Source: a virus (lineage: Duplodnaviria > Caudoviricetes). From it: a DNA stretch of 55,364 nucleotides. The stretch is from the IMG/VR virus record IMGVR_UViG_3300032073_000039, positions 1 to 55,364 of that record; one strand, written 5' to 3'. Below the pieces are notes generated by a model, which saw only the letters and a list, made by a program, of their open reading frames with translations, was not told the DNA's origin and searched no databases. Both the position numbers and the translations under genes were made by a program. Below, piece after piece: positions 1-9,859 of this stretch (its first letter is position 1; the number at the start of each line of letters is the position of its first letter).

Positions 1-1
1 C

Positions 2-556
2 TTCAAATTCATTATAAACACTAAGTTTATCTTTGTCTATTTTTTTATTATACAAATGAGCTACTTTATATTTATTCTTCATAAATACATATTTTTGCCA
101 ATTTTTTGGATATTCCTTTGCAACTGTTCTTTTAAAATCTCTTATTGCTGTAAATGTCCATAGTTCTCTATTTTTAAATCTATATTTAGTTGACCAATTT
201 GTATAAAATATTTTTCCTATATTACCATCAGTTTCCCAGTTTTTATTTTGTAAAACTTTTCCGTACTGTTTAGATAGTGCATAATTAGTATTTATGTTAT
301 TACTTGGTTTACATGTACCTATAAATAAATAACCTAAAGAATCAGGTAATTCAACTCCATCTCTATATTCAATTACACCTTTCCATAATTTTTTGTTATA
401 AATCTTTATAATACTTTTTAATTTATTATTGTCTATATTTTTATAAGCCGGGTATTTTTCCTTAAACTCATTAATTAAGTCAGAATTTAATAACCCTAGT
501 TTCTTTTCTCTATATCTAGGTGCATTTAAATCTGGCTTCTTAAAATTATTTATCAT
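2..556 (-). CDS. Basic IHF/HU-like conserved crAss-like protein (3'-truncated at window edge; not in ORF track)
   Basis: Open frame from ATG at 556 to the window edge: MINNFKKPDLNAPRYREKK...GVELPDSLGYLFIG...; Lys-rich; the V.LP..LG.L.I segment resembles the HU/IHF beta-arm entry; IHF-like genes occur in crAss-like tail regions. Confidence 0.55.
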   Translation of the reverse strand, partial: MINNFKKPDLNAPRYREKKLGLLNSDLINEFKEKYPAYKNIDNNKLKSIIKIYNKKLWKGVIEYRDGVELPDSLGYLFIGTCKPSNNINTNYALSKQYGKVLQNKNWETDGNIGKIFYTNWSTKYRFKNRELWTFTAIRDFKRTVAKEYPKNWQKYVFMKNKYKVAHLYNKKIDKDKLSVYNEFE

Positions 557-616
557 AGCTACATTTATAATTTACAAAAAAAACATCACTTATAAAAGTT
601 AAATTGATAATGTTTA

Positions 617-1822
617 TCATGGGGAAAAAGTTAATTCACAAATATTACCTTTTATAGGATCTTGAAGTTCTAATTTTCCTGATCTTTTATTTCCAACAAA
701 CTTATTATGTGTATGCCAATAATCTGATCTTGAAAGACTTGGTAAAGTTTTATGTATAAAACCTGTATTTTCATTAGCAGTTATATATTCAACTCTTTTA
801 TTACTATGAAAATGCCCAGTAAATAATGTTCTATTTTTAGACTTTCCCCATTTCATAGGAAACTCAGTTGCATAAACTAAAGGTGTATTTTTCTTATTAA
901 CGTCTCCATGTTCAAAAGCATTAAAGTTTTCACCATATGTATGAACCTTTCTTTCTCCATATTCTACATCCCATTCTATCTTATCACTTTTAATTGTTTT
1001 AGACAATGCATGTGCAAGATGAAATGAAGATAATCTATCATGATTACCTGGAATATAAACTACTGTAAGTTTTTCACAATATTCATTAAGATAATTTATA
1101 GACCAATGTATTGCATCAAATGCTTGAATATATGCTTCCGGAGCAGTAGAACTATTATCAACAAAAGTACCACTTGTTGTTGTACCATTAAAAGTATCCA
1201 TGTTAATAAGATCACCACCAACAACATAAAATAAATTTTCAATATAGTGAGATGCAGAGGCTCTTGTAATAAGACTTATAATTGTATCTTCAAAATCTTT
1301 ATCTATTGTATAGTTACCTTCTTTACCAAAATGTATGTCTTGTAATGACAATACACCACAAACTTTTATTTTATCATTTGAGTGTAGTTTTACTTTAGGT
1401 AGTTTATAACTTTTAGGTTTCCATTTGTCAATTAACTCTTGGATTAAAGTTTCATTATCAAATCTTTTCCTTGTTACTAATGCAGAAACTCTCCAATGAT
1501 CTCCCATTTGTTTATTCCAATAACTGGAAAGCTTCCAAATATTTGTATCAATTTTTAAAAGTTTTACTATCTCATCTGCACTTTTTGGTTCTTTATCTGT
1601 TTTAGCTTGAAATCTTGCTTCTCCAGCTTCTATGTTTACAGCTTGTGTATAATCACCGTCTTCTTCTAATTTTTGAATTTCTCTTTTTCTACCGGCTTCA
1701 TCTCTTAATTCTTTTCTTATCTCTAGCCATTTTTCAACTGATATACCACATCTTTTAGCTGAAATTTCAGGAGATTTTTTTTGTTTTAGTGACTCCTCCA
1801 CTAATTGTTTTAGACTCTTCAT
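617..1822 (-). CDS. Calcineurin-like metallophosphoesterase (Mre11/SbcD-like)
   Basis: Motifs DIHFG, GGDLIN, GNHD, HGD, GHFH in the canonical order. Confidence 0.85.
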   Translation of the reverse strand: MKSLKQLVEESLKQKKSPEISAKRCGISVEKWLEIRKELRDEAGRKREIQKLEEDGDYTQAVNIEAGEARFQAKTDKEPKSADEIVKLLKIDTNIWKLSSYWNKQMGDHWRVSALVTRKRFDNETLIQELIDKWKPKSYKLPKVKLHSNDKIKVCGVLSLQDIHFGKEGNYTIDKDFEDTIISLITRASASHYIENLFYVVGGDLINMDTFNGTTTSGTFVDNSSTAPEAYIQAFDAIHWSINYLNEYCEKLTVVYIPGNHDRLSSFHLAHALSKTIKSDKIEWDVEYGERKVHTYGENFNAFEHGDVNKKNTPLVYATEFPMKWGKSKNRTLFTGHFHSNKRVEYITANENTGFIHKTLPSLSRSDYWHTHNKFVGNKRSGKLELQDPIKGNICELTFSP

Positions 1823-1887
1823 GGATAATTTTATTTATCAGGACACGTAATATACAAAAATATTTTAACAATTTTTTTACTAAAAAT

Positions 1888-1919
1888 AAAAAAGGGAGCT
1901 CTAGATTACTAAAGCTCCC
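1888..1919 (-). terminator. Rho-independent terminator
   Basis: gggagct/agctccc stem with an A-run on the + side (U-tract on the minus strand), downstream of 1966..2490. Confidence 0.75.
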
Positions 1920-1965
1920 CCAACGTTTGTGATAGAAAACCAACAAACCATCACTTGTTGTTATA

Positions 1966-2490
1966 TTATTTAAGTGTTGTAAATTTTACTGCAACACTTG
2001 TACATTCCGCGCCTGTAGTACTACTAGCAACTATTCTTACAGAATATTCATGCAATGGATATAAACCTGTTAATACTTCTTGAAATTCAGATTCTACAGC
2101 ATTACTATAAATCTGATACTGAGTTTCACCCGCTGTAATATCTAATATTTGAACTTGGAAACCACCTGCATTCTGAACAGCATATTGTGACCAAACTAAC
2201 CTTGCAGATTCAGCTCCAATTTCAATAACATTTAATCCTAAAGGAGCATGAAATTGATCTGTATATGCACAATCATTCCCTGATACAGCTATTTGTACTA
2301 ACTTCTGCATGGTAACTAACATATTTTCACCTTTTTCAACAGTAATACATTGACTGTTTGCAGATGTACTATTTATTAAATTTTGTATTGAAGCTTTTTG
2401 TTCTTCAAGAATATTTATTTGCTGTGTACTAGCATCAATTTGATCTGTTAAATTTTGGATCTCTAAAATTAATTCTTCACATGTTGCCAT
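1966..2490 (-). CDS. Putative virion protein: N-terminal coiled coil plus C-terminal fibronectin type III-like domain
   Basis: APLGLNV...SARLVWS...LTGLYPLHEYSVRIVA is an FN3 pattern; heptad N-terminus. Confidence 0.6.
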   Translation of the reverse strand: MATCEELILEIQNLTDQIDASTQQINILEEQKASIQNLINSTSANSQCITVEKGENMLVTMQKLVQIAVSGNDCAYTDQFHAPLGLNVIEIGAESARLVWSQYAVQNAGGFQVQILDITAGETQYQIYSNAVESEFQEVLTGLYPLHEYSVRIVASSTTGAECTSVAVKFTTLK

Positions 2491-2513
2491 TTTACTTCAT
2501 TTATTAATTTATA

Positions 2514-2825
2514 CTATGATTCTGCTCCACATTGTTTTTGATATATTGCTTGCACTTCTTGTAAATTTGCTACAAGCTCTTTTATTTCTACAGAAAGCAC
2601 TTCTATTTGTGAGTCAATTTCTTCTATTTGTTTTTCATATTGTGCAATTAATACTTCACCATAACAAAAAGTATAAGTTTCTCCACAGTGTATTACACAT
2701 TCTTCACATATAACTTCTGAACATTGTGTACCTTGTGAACACTCTGTATATGAACATGGGGTGTTTAAAGCACTATCTTGACATCCGCAAGGTTTATTAT
2801 TACATTTTGAACAATTACAACTCAT
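2514..2825 (-). CDS. Cys-rich small virion-associated protein with C-terminal coiled coil
   Basis: Many Cys in the first 55 aa, followed by heptad repeats. Confidence 0.6.
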   Translation of the reverse strand: MSCNCSKCNNKPCGCQDSALNTPCSYTECSQGTQCSEVICEECVIHCGETYTFCYGEVLIAQYEKQIEEIDSQIEVLSVEIKELVANLQEVQAIYQKQCGAES

Positions 2826-2846
2826 TTTAATTTATTTTAATTTATT

Positions 2847-5800
2847 TTATCCTGGGCAAGCAGTTTCAGGTAAACCACATGTTGTATAACCTAATGCATT
2901 TAATAATCTTATTACTACTGGGTTATCTTCATTTCCTGCACTTCTTAATTGAGCCAAATAATTATTTAAGTGATATACAACTCTTCCGTTTCCAGACATG
3001 CTTTTATATAAACCTTCTATTTGTGTACCACCGGCAGTTGCAGCACCAAAATATGGATTCACTCCTGTTGCAACACCAGATAATAAATTACCTGTAACAT
3101 CAGTAGATGTTTGTACACCATAATTAGCTGCAGGAATCATATTACCTGCATAAGCCGCTAAACCATGTAATATAAAGGCTTGATCTTTACTAGCACCTGC
3201 ATCACCAAGGTTTGGATTTGTTACTGAATCATAATTAGCTAAACTAACAACATGATGAACTATTCCTTGAGTATATTCCATTTGACCTAACGCAAAACCT
3301 CCACTCACTAGATTTTGAGCCCATGCACTAACTTGTGAGTTGGTGGTACATACATCATGTAAAGTTTCATAATCATCTTTATACTCTGTAGTAGGTTGTA
3401 ATGGTGGACCATTAAATCCAGTTGCCAATGAGTCCGCATGATAGTCACCTCCTGTTGCATTTCCAGTAAGAACAATTACAGCTGCATAATCTATAGTATC
3501 ACTTACAGCTGGCCCTTGTCCAGCTGCAGGTACACCCCAATTACCAGGTACCGTAGATATAGTATCCCATGCAGGATTATGTGCATAACTTTGACCCTCA
3601 TCTCTTATTGCTCTATGATATCCTAAATATCTACCACTTGTTGTAGGTAATACATACCAGTTAGCTGGATTTATTGATCCTATCCCACTAGGAGGGTTTC
3701 CACAAGCATTTTTTAGACGTACAATCATTGTATTAATTTGATTCTGCAAAGTTGCTAGAGAATCATATAAATTATCATTAAATGAACCTGTATCAATAAA
3801 TACAAAAACAGGAACATCTTGACATTCTAAGTTTGTATCTGGATGTTGTAATTGCAATGGTACAGTATAAGTATTACCGTAACTTGCATTATAACATGCT
3901 GCACTTCCTGCCGGAGAAACTTTTAAATCAAATGTAACACCAAATGTATCTGTACCATCTGATGTATATACAAATTCATTACCTGGATTAGTTGGATTTA
4001 AAGTTTGAGTTTTTACAAGTTGACCAAATGCAGGTGTACTATCTATAGATATAGTTGGACCACCTTGACCTAAAATATAAGGAACTTGGAATCTAAGTAT
4101 AGATCCAGACTCAGTACATCCAAGTAAATTTAAATCATCTACAAGTAAAAATGATGGACATTCACATGATAATAAAATTCTTTTAATTACATATTTTTGC
4201 GTAGTTGCAGCTGTATTAGGATTTCTTTCCCATAAAGCATAAAGGTATTTTTTTACACCTATTACTTCATATTCTCCTAAATAAAACCAGTATGAATCTG
4301 TTGTTGAACCCAGATATGACTGACCATTACTCTCTAAACTATGTTTTGATACTAACTGACCTGCAGGAGCCATAGATCCAACATCATAAAATGCAGAACC
4401 TAATGAAGAATTTGTATTTATATTTTGTCTTCCCATTTGATCTGCTATTACAGTTATAACTTTTGTAGCATAATCATATCTTAAAATTAAGGGAGACGAA
4501 TAAATACTACCTGTTGTAGACGCATTTGTAGTATTTACAACTTCAAGTTTCAAATATGTTGATTCCATATTAGCACCTAATGCGGTTATTTCTGAATAAT
4601 TAGTAATATCCACTGCTCCAGAATTATATTGTAATTTTTTAGATAAAAATCCTGCACTATTAGGGTTGTTTGCATCATCAGATATAAGAGAAGGATTCTG
4701 CCAATTTCTGCCATCTTCACTTACAGATGCTTTTATTTCTATGTCTGCAACACTCTCAAAATAACCACCATTAAGAACTTTATATGTAGCTCCTAATCCT
4801 GTAGGATTAATATTTTCCCATGAACCAGCTCCTGAAGAAGCATTAAATTCTACAAAGCTCTGTGGGGATGATGGAACTAAAGGCATTGTCAATGGACGAA
4901 CATTATCTGCACCTGCTGTAGGAGTATCATTATTAGTAATTTCTTGATATATATCAGTAACTGAAAAACCAGGATTTCCACTACCGTCATCATTAGTTCT
5001 AATAAAAACTCTATTGTTTTGATTACCACCTTCTTCTGTAATTATACCACCTGCGTATATTAATATACCAGAACCTGCTTGTTGATTATATGATGCAATA
5101 TTTTCTGCTACATCATTACATAAAGCACCTTGACCTTGAATTTGAGCTTCATCACAATCACTGTATGGAGCTGATCCAGTACCACTTGCTTTTAACTGAA
5201 TTTTATAAGCTATGCCTGGTGATAATCCTCCTATAGTTATTGAATTTGCACCAAGTGTTGGCGTGTAAGTTTGTGTACTAACTGTTGCACCAGTTTGCAT
5301 ATTTATTAATAGGATCTGGTAATTAAAGTTAGGTGAACTTGCTGTATGATTAAAACCAACAACGGCATCTCCGCCAGGTGTAGCAGTTACAGTGAAGTTT
5401 GAAGGACAATATACATTAGATGCCGTTACAGCTGTTTTAACTACTTCACAGTTTGAACTTCCATCTGAAGCTTCTACTCTAGCAGTAACTGTAACAGTTA
5501 ATGGAACCCCACTTACATCCAAAGTACCAAGCGGTGCTATATTAAATGTAGCGTTATTAAGAAAGGAGTTTACAAAATTAAAATTTGAATTAATTTGATT
5601 AACACCATCAGTAACAACGTAACTTGAACCATTATCAACAAAATTTGCTGGTAATTGTGAACCTACAAGACTCACATCAATAGATAAAACAGTACCATTA
5701 GGATCAGTATTAACTTGAGGATTTATAAATAAATCAAAACCGTCACAGGAAGCACTATCACAACAATTATTTTGAATATTAGTTATTGCAGTATGCATAT

Positions 5801-6596
5801 CACATATTGCAATCCATTGATTTTGATTTATTTGAGCTAACGTTGAGGCATTACTTTGCCATCCTGGTATAGAACCGTAATTACCTGCTGTACCTGATAA
5901 TACTGAAGTTGTACCAGTTATACATTGAGCAGATATTGCACTATTTATTTGTTGTACAGTTCCAACTACAGATCTATAACTACAAAAATCTTGTTCTAAA
6001 GCAGATAACAATGTAGAAGTTGGAACAAGTGTTCCTTGACCTTGACCATCTACAAATAAACATGAAGATAATATATCTGGATCAGAACTACCTGCTGGTG
6101 TACATGGAAGTACGCATGCTTCTAAAATATCAACTCTTGTTTCAAGATTTAAAATATTTTGATTTAATAAACTTATGCTTGCTATATTATCACATATTTT
6201 ATTACCAATTAATGTTGCCCACTCATATACCGGAAGTTGAACAACTAAATCACCTAAAGGATCTGCATATTGTAAACATGTGGGAAGAGGTAAATCAGGA
6301 ATAGTTCCACCACCACCAGATTGGTTACAAATATGATCAACAATTGCTTGAATTGTTTGGGTTAATGTTTCTGGAGTAGCTTCAGGTTGAATACATTTTA
6401 AATCTAAACCACTTAAATCTGGTTCACAACATGCTGCTTCGGCTAAATCACATATTTCTTTTGCAAGTCTTGCAATAACGTCACTTACCGTATCACCTGT
6501 ACATAAATCAATACAGTCTAAATTAGGACCTTGCCATACAACACAATTAGATGAAATTGGTGAACAAGGTGATGTATTTCCGTTAACTGGTATCAT
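2847..6596 (-). CDS. Large tail fibre/receptor-binding-like structural protein
   Basis: 1249 aa; Cys-rich N-terminus, short coiled coil, FN3-like segment (LSPGIAYKIQLKA), G/N/S/T-rich beta-like C-terminus; lies in the virion module. Confidence 0.6.
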   Translation of the reverse strand: MIPVNGNTSPCSPISSNCVVWQGPNLDCIDLCTGDTVSDVIARLAKEICDLAEAACCEPDLSGLDLKCIQPEATPETLTQTIQAIVDHICNQSGGGGTIPDLPLPTCLQYADPLGDLVVQLPVYEWATLIGNKICDNIASISLLNQNILNLETRVDILEACVLPCTPAGSSDPDILSSCLFVDGQGQGTLVPTSTLLSALEQDFCSYRSVVGTVQQINSAISAQCITGTTSVLSGTAGNYGSIPGWQSNASTLAQINQNQWIAICDMHTAITNIQNNCCDSASCDGFDLFINPQVNTDPNGTVLSIDVSLVGSQLPANFVDNGSSYVVTDGVNQINSNFNFVNSFLNNATFNIAPLGTLDVSGVPLTVTVTARVEASDGSSNCEVVKTAVTASNVYCPSNFTVTATPGGDAVVGFNHTASSPNFNYQILLINMQTGATVSTQTYTPTLGANSITIGGLSPGIAYKIQLKASGTGSAPYSDCDEAQIQGQGALCNDVAENIASYNQQAGSGILIYAGGIITEEGGNQNNRVFIRTNDDGSGNPGFSVTDIYQEITNNDTPTAGADNVRPLTMPLVPSSPQSFVEFNASSGAGSWENINPTGLGATYKVLNGGYFESVADIEIKASVSEDGRNWQNPSLISDDANNPNSAGFLSKKLQYNSGAVDITNYSEITALGANMESTYLKLEVVNTTNASTTGSIYSSPLILRYDYATKVITVIADQMGRQNINTNSSLGSAFYDVGSMAPAGQLVSKHSLESNGQSYLGSTTDSYWFYLGEYEVIGVKKYLYALWERNPNTAATTQKYVIKRILLSCECPSFLLVDDLNLLGCTESGSILRFQVPYILGQGGPTISIDSTPAFGQLVKTQTLNPTNPGNEFVYTSDGTDTFGVTFDLKVSPAGSAACYNASYGNTYTVPLQLQHPDTNLECQDVPVFVFIDTGSFNDNLYDSLATLQNQINTMIVRLKNACGNPPSGIGSINPANWYVLPTTSGRYLGYHRAIRDEGQSYAHNPAWDTISTVPGNWGVPAAGQGPAVSDTIDYAAVIVLTGNATGGDYHADSLATGFNGPPLQPTTEYKDDYETLHDVCTTNSQVSAWAQNLVSGGFALGQMEYTQGIVHHVVSLANYDSVTNPNLGDAGASKDQAFILHGLAAYAGNMIPAANYGVQTSTDVTGNLLSGVATGVNPYFGAATAGGTQIEGLYKSMSGNGRVVYHLNNYLAQLRSAGNEDNPVVIRLLNALGYTTCGLPETACPG

Positions 6597-6634
6597 AAAT
6601 AAATTTTTATTTTGCTATTTCATTGTGTGTACAA

Positions 6635-6666
6635 TATAATATACAATTTTTTTAATAATCTAACAA
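6635..6666 (-). promoter_or_regulatory. Late promoter: TTG-N20-TATATTATA
   Basis: Copy of the repeated TTGTATATTATA motif; TTG lies 20 nt upstream, as in Bacteroidota -33/-7 promoters. Confidence 0.6.
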
Positions 6667-6674
6667 GTAGTATT

Positions 6675-6902
6675 TCAATTACATGTTATAAGTTTACTTT
6701 TAAATTCTTCTTTGTTTTCATATGATTTACTTTTTAAATCTTGCCAATCACATAAATATTTTTTTATAGTAGCAGATTGAGTATCTTGATAACAACATTT
6801 TGATATACCAAACCTATCTGCTTTAAAGTCTTTATATATTGCATCAGCAAAAACTCTTTCCGTTTCTATTTTTTTTACTAGATCAATTTCTTCTGATGCC
6901 AT
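6675..6902 (-). CDS. Hypothetical protein (structural module)
   Basis: ORF overlapping the upstream gene on the same strand. Confidence 0.55.
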   Translation of the reverse strand: MASEEIDLVKKIETERVFADAIYKDFKADRFGISKCCYQDTQSATIKKYLCDWQDLKSKSYENKEEFKSKLITCN

Positions 6903-7071
6903 TTTTTCTTGCTATTTGGATATTTTTAGTTAAACTACTATTAAATCCTGTTTTTTTATTTTTGCTATTATACTTTGTTAAACATGTTTTGTGAACTAAA
7001 GAACCATCTGCTGCAGTTGTTTTTTGACATCCGCAAGAAAATCCTTTACTACATTCTTTACATTTACTCAT
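6883..7071 (-). CDS. Small Cys-rich protein (CxxC...CGC...HxxC), possibly Zn-binding
   Basis: [17 protein letters not shown]...VHKTC; A-rich AAACCAAA leader. Confidence 0.6.
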   Translation of the reverse strand: MSKCKECSKGFSCGCQKTTAADGSLVHKTCLTKYNSKNKKTGFNSSLTKNIQIARKNGIRRN

Positions 7072-7090
7072 TTTTTTTGGTTTTTAAATA

Positions 7091-7645
7091 TTAACATCCT
7101 TTTGTTAAACAAGTTAATTTATTTAATTTTTTTAATGCGTAATTATATAAATCCATACCTTTTGATGGTGAGTTACAATACTCAACATTTGCTACTGCAG
7201 CATCAATTAACGTCTTTATAAAATGCATTTCATCTAATAATTCTTTTTTAGTAAAGTCAGGTTCACAAGGATGTACATCAATATTACATAAAACATCATA
7301 ATAAATACACATAATTTTACAAATTCTTAGGGTGTTGTATTCTACATATACTTTATCATTTGGTGAAACACTGTATTTTACTATATATACACCATCAGGT
7401 AATGAAACATTTTTTGTACCGCAATCTTGTGTTTGATATTTTAAATCACATCCATTTAAATGTAAACTAAAATTTGTAGTAGTAGGTTCTATTAGTACAG
7501 GAGCATTAAATCCCGGTACTGTAATTAAAATTTCAGGACAATCAACAGGTATCAATGAAGAGTATTGACTAGTGTCTAAAATTGACAGAACATCACAGTT
7601 TGCCGTCTTGGGAATTTCTAAACTTAAGATATGTTTATCAGCCAT
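7091..7645 (-). CDS. Conserved crAss-like virion protein (tail/neck region)
   Basis: LPDGVYIVKYSVSPN Ig-like segment plus helical C-terminus; position in the structural block. Confidence 0.5.
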   Translation of the reverse strand: MADKHILSLEIPKTANCDVLSILDTSQYSSLIPVDCPEILITVPGFNAPVLIEPTTTNFSLHLNGCDLKYQTQDCGTKNVSLPDGVYIVKYSVSPNDKVYVEYNTLRICKIMCIYYDVLCNIDVHPCEPDFTKKELLDEMHFIKTLIDAAVANVEYCNSPSKGMDLYNYALKKLNKLTCLTKGC

Positions 7646-7672
7646 GGAATATGGGTTATATTATATTACAAT

Positions 7673-7686
7673 TATAATATACAAAA
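7673..7686 (-). promoter_or_regulatory. Late promoter motif TTTTGTATATTATA
   Basis: Same motif recurs upstream of several minus-strand genes. Confidence 0.6.
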
Positions 7687-7698
7687 AAAACTAGGTAT

Positions 7699-7732
7699 AA
7701 AAAAGAAAAGGTGGACAAAATCCACCTCTTCT
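7699..7732 (-). terminator. Rho-independent terminator
   Basis: aggtgga/tccacct stem with U-tract on the minus strand, downstream of 7757..9055. Confidence 0.7.
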
Positions 7733-7756
7733 ATAATTTATGATATTTAAGAATTA

Positions 7757-9055
7757 TTACTTTTCTTGTTCCTTTTCACCTTGGCATAGGAATCTTTCAA
7801 TTTCTATACCTGTACCCATTTCATTTAATAGATCTCCTAGTTTTGAAAATGAATCATTCATAAAGTCATCTCCATCACTTCCTTGCTCAACAAAGAAATT
7901 GTATATGTACTGATCATTATCAAATACTCCTGTTGGGTTATTAAACCTTGGAACAGAATGTTGAAGAGTATATACTTTGTATAAAGAACTTCTATCAACT
8001 GCATTAATAATATCAGAGCTATGCTCAATTTCTCTCATTCTAGAAGAATCTTTAGCACCTTGACTTAATGGATTTTGTCCATATCTTTCAGTCATTATTA
8101 ATTCTCTAAGAACTGTTTCTCCTGATGTAGTAGCCATTCTTCCTGGTGTTCCAACAAAAACTCCACAGTCGTTACATGGATCTCCTGTTTCATCAAGAAC
8201 TGACATTATAATACTGATTGGTTCTAATTCATAATGATCTCTAGTATCAAAAGAACAGTTACCAAATTTAGTATCTACATATCCACTTACTACTTTTAAT
8301 GTAGCAGTCATGTTAACATCAGTTTCTGGAGAATCAGTAGGAGTGTAAGTTCCATCTAATACTTCAGCAATTGTAAATACTGTACCACCTGGGTTAGCTG
8401 TTGTAACAACAACAATTCCACCATTTGGATCTTCTTTTACAAAAGGAGAAATTAATGGATCTCTAAGTAGCATATCAGCAGCCTTAGCTAATGCAACAGC
8501 TGGATCTAAATATTCTTGTTCTGATCCTGGAGTTCCATCACCTGGGCTACAACATAAAGAAGGAACATCTCCTGCAGCAGCATCACCTGAGCTATCACCG
8601 ATTGCATAAGCATTATGATTTAAAAATCTTAAAGCTGGAGATCCTTTGATATCCATTCTTAAGAATAAATTTTCACCACATGGTGCACATTTGTGACCTA
8701 CAGTAATTTGTGCACTTGGTAAAGCACCTTCATCTATTTCTGTAATTCTTAAACCAGTAACGTATCTTGCATTGATACCTTTAGTTTTAGCTGTTTCAGT
8801 ATAACCACCATGACCTGGGTTATTACCAATTTTATCTTTTGTAGATGTTAAAATGGTAGCACCTGGTTCAAGGTGTAAAGAACCTACAGCAAAATAACCT
8901 GGCCCTCTGTCTCTAAAAGACGCTGGGACATCATTTGCTATCCAGTTTTTTTCGTAAACTCCAACTTGTCCAGCTGTTAATTGTTCAGTTGCGGTTTCTT
9001 CAGATCCTTTTAATACAAGGAAACTTTTTTTAAACGCATGATTAAAATATGACAT
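7757..9055 (-). CDS. Probable auxiliary capsid protein (crAss001 gp36-like position)
   Basis: 432 aa with its own promoter and terminator; synteny downstream of MCP and ring protein. Confidence 0.5.
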   Translation of the reverse strand: MSYFNHAFKKSFLVLKGSEETATEQLTAGQVGVYEKNWIANDVPASFRDRGPGYFAVGSLHLEPGATILTSTKDKIGNNPGHGGYTETAKTKGINARYVTGLRITEIDEGALPSAQITVGHKCAPCGENLFLRMDIKGSPALRFLNHNAYAIGDSSGDAAAGDVPSLCCSPGDGTPGSEQEYLDPAVALAKAADMLLRDPLISPFVKEDPNGGIVVVTTANPGGTVFTIAEVLDGTYTPTDSPETDVNMTATLKVVSGYVDTKFGNCSFDTRDHYELEPISIIMSVLDETGDPCNDCGVFVGTPGRMATTSGETVLRELIMTERYGQNPLSQGAKDSSRMREIEHSSDIINAVDRSSLYKVYTLQHSVPRFNNPTGVFDNDQYIYNFFVEQGSDGDDFMNDSFSKLGDLLNEMGTGIEIERFLCQGEKEQEK

Positions 9056-9114
9056 AATAATTTGTTTTTTTTGTTAATAAATAAAAATTGTACTATTCAT
9101 TTGTATAATACATA

Positions 9115-9146
9115 TATAATATACAAATATTTTTAATATATACAAA
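9115..9146 (-). promoter_or_regulatory. Late promoter: TTTG-N19-TATATTATA
   Basis: TTTG followed by a 19-nt spacer and TATATTAT, matching Bacteroidota spacing with a variant -7 box. Confidence 0.65.
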
Positions 9147-9148
9147 CA

Positions 9149-9856
9149 TTAATTTGATCTTTCTGCAGCTTGCTGATCTCTTTGAGATTGACTAAATTCA
9201 CTATAGTCACCTGCAAGTATAGCTGCTGTTTCATCAATTATCAATTCTACAACATCATCCTTAAAATCAGATTCAACATCTACCGGAGGAATTATACCTG
9301 TATAAGGATTAGCAATTCCAGCAAATTCTATATAAGTTGGTCTTTTATAGTATGTTAAAATTGGTTTTACAATTGTAAAATCTTTGTTTTTGTATATTCT
9401 AATTTTGTTATCTAATATTGTACAAAAAGTTTCAGCCCAAGTAAAATCAGGTCTTTTAAGAGGATCTCTCATAATAAGATTAACGTTTGCTTCTTCTGAT
9501 AAGTATACTGTCATAACTCTAGGTTCTGGACAGCATTCATCTTTTGCATGTGCTGTTACTCTTTTAAATTCAAGATATTCATCAACTGGAAAATTTGTGG
9601 TCTCAAAATAATCATCTTCTTGAATACCGTTTAATTCTAATTCTCTAAGAAGCGTTTGCATATCATCAATTCTTCTTTTAGAATATTCATCACCTTCCTT
9701 ATAGATATTTCCTCCATGAAGCTGCCTTCTTGACCATTCAACTTGAGCTTTATTGAAAGCTTCAACTATTTGCCAAGTTTCAATATTATCATAGTCATTA
9801 CTAGCTAACTTATTTAATCTTTGTTTTACTTTTAATTGTACAGTTTGATTATTCAT
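9149..9856 (-). CDS. crAss-like tail ring/head-tail adaptor protein
   Basis: N-terminal RLNKLASNDYDNIETWQIVEAFNKAQ and YYKRP patterns typical of crAss ring proteins; synteny. Confidence 0.6.
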   Translation of the reverse strand: MNNQTVQLKVKQRLNKLASNDYDNIETWQIVEAFNKAQVEWSRRQLHGGNIYKEGDEYSKRRIDDMQTLLRELELNGIQEDDYFETTNFPVDEYLEFKRVTAHAKDECCPEPRVMTVYLSEEANVNLIMRDPLKRPDFTWAETFCTILDNKIRIYKNKDFTIVKPILTYYKRPTYIEFAGIANPYTGIIPPVDVESDFKDDVVELIIDETAAILAGDYSEFSQSQRDQQAAERSN

Positions 9857-9859
9857 ATC

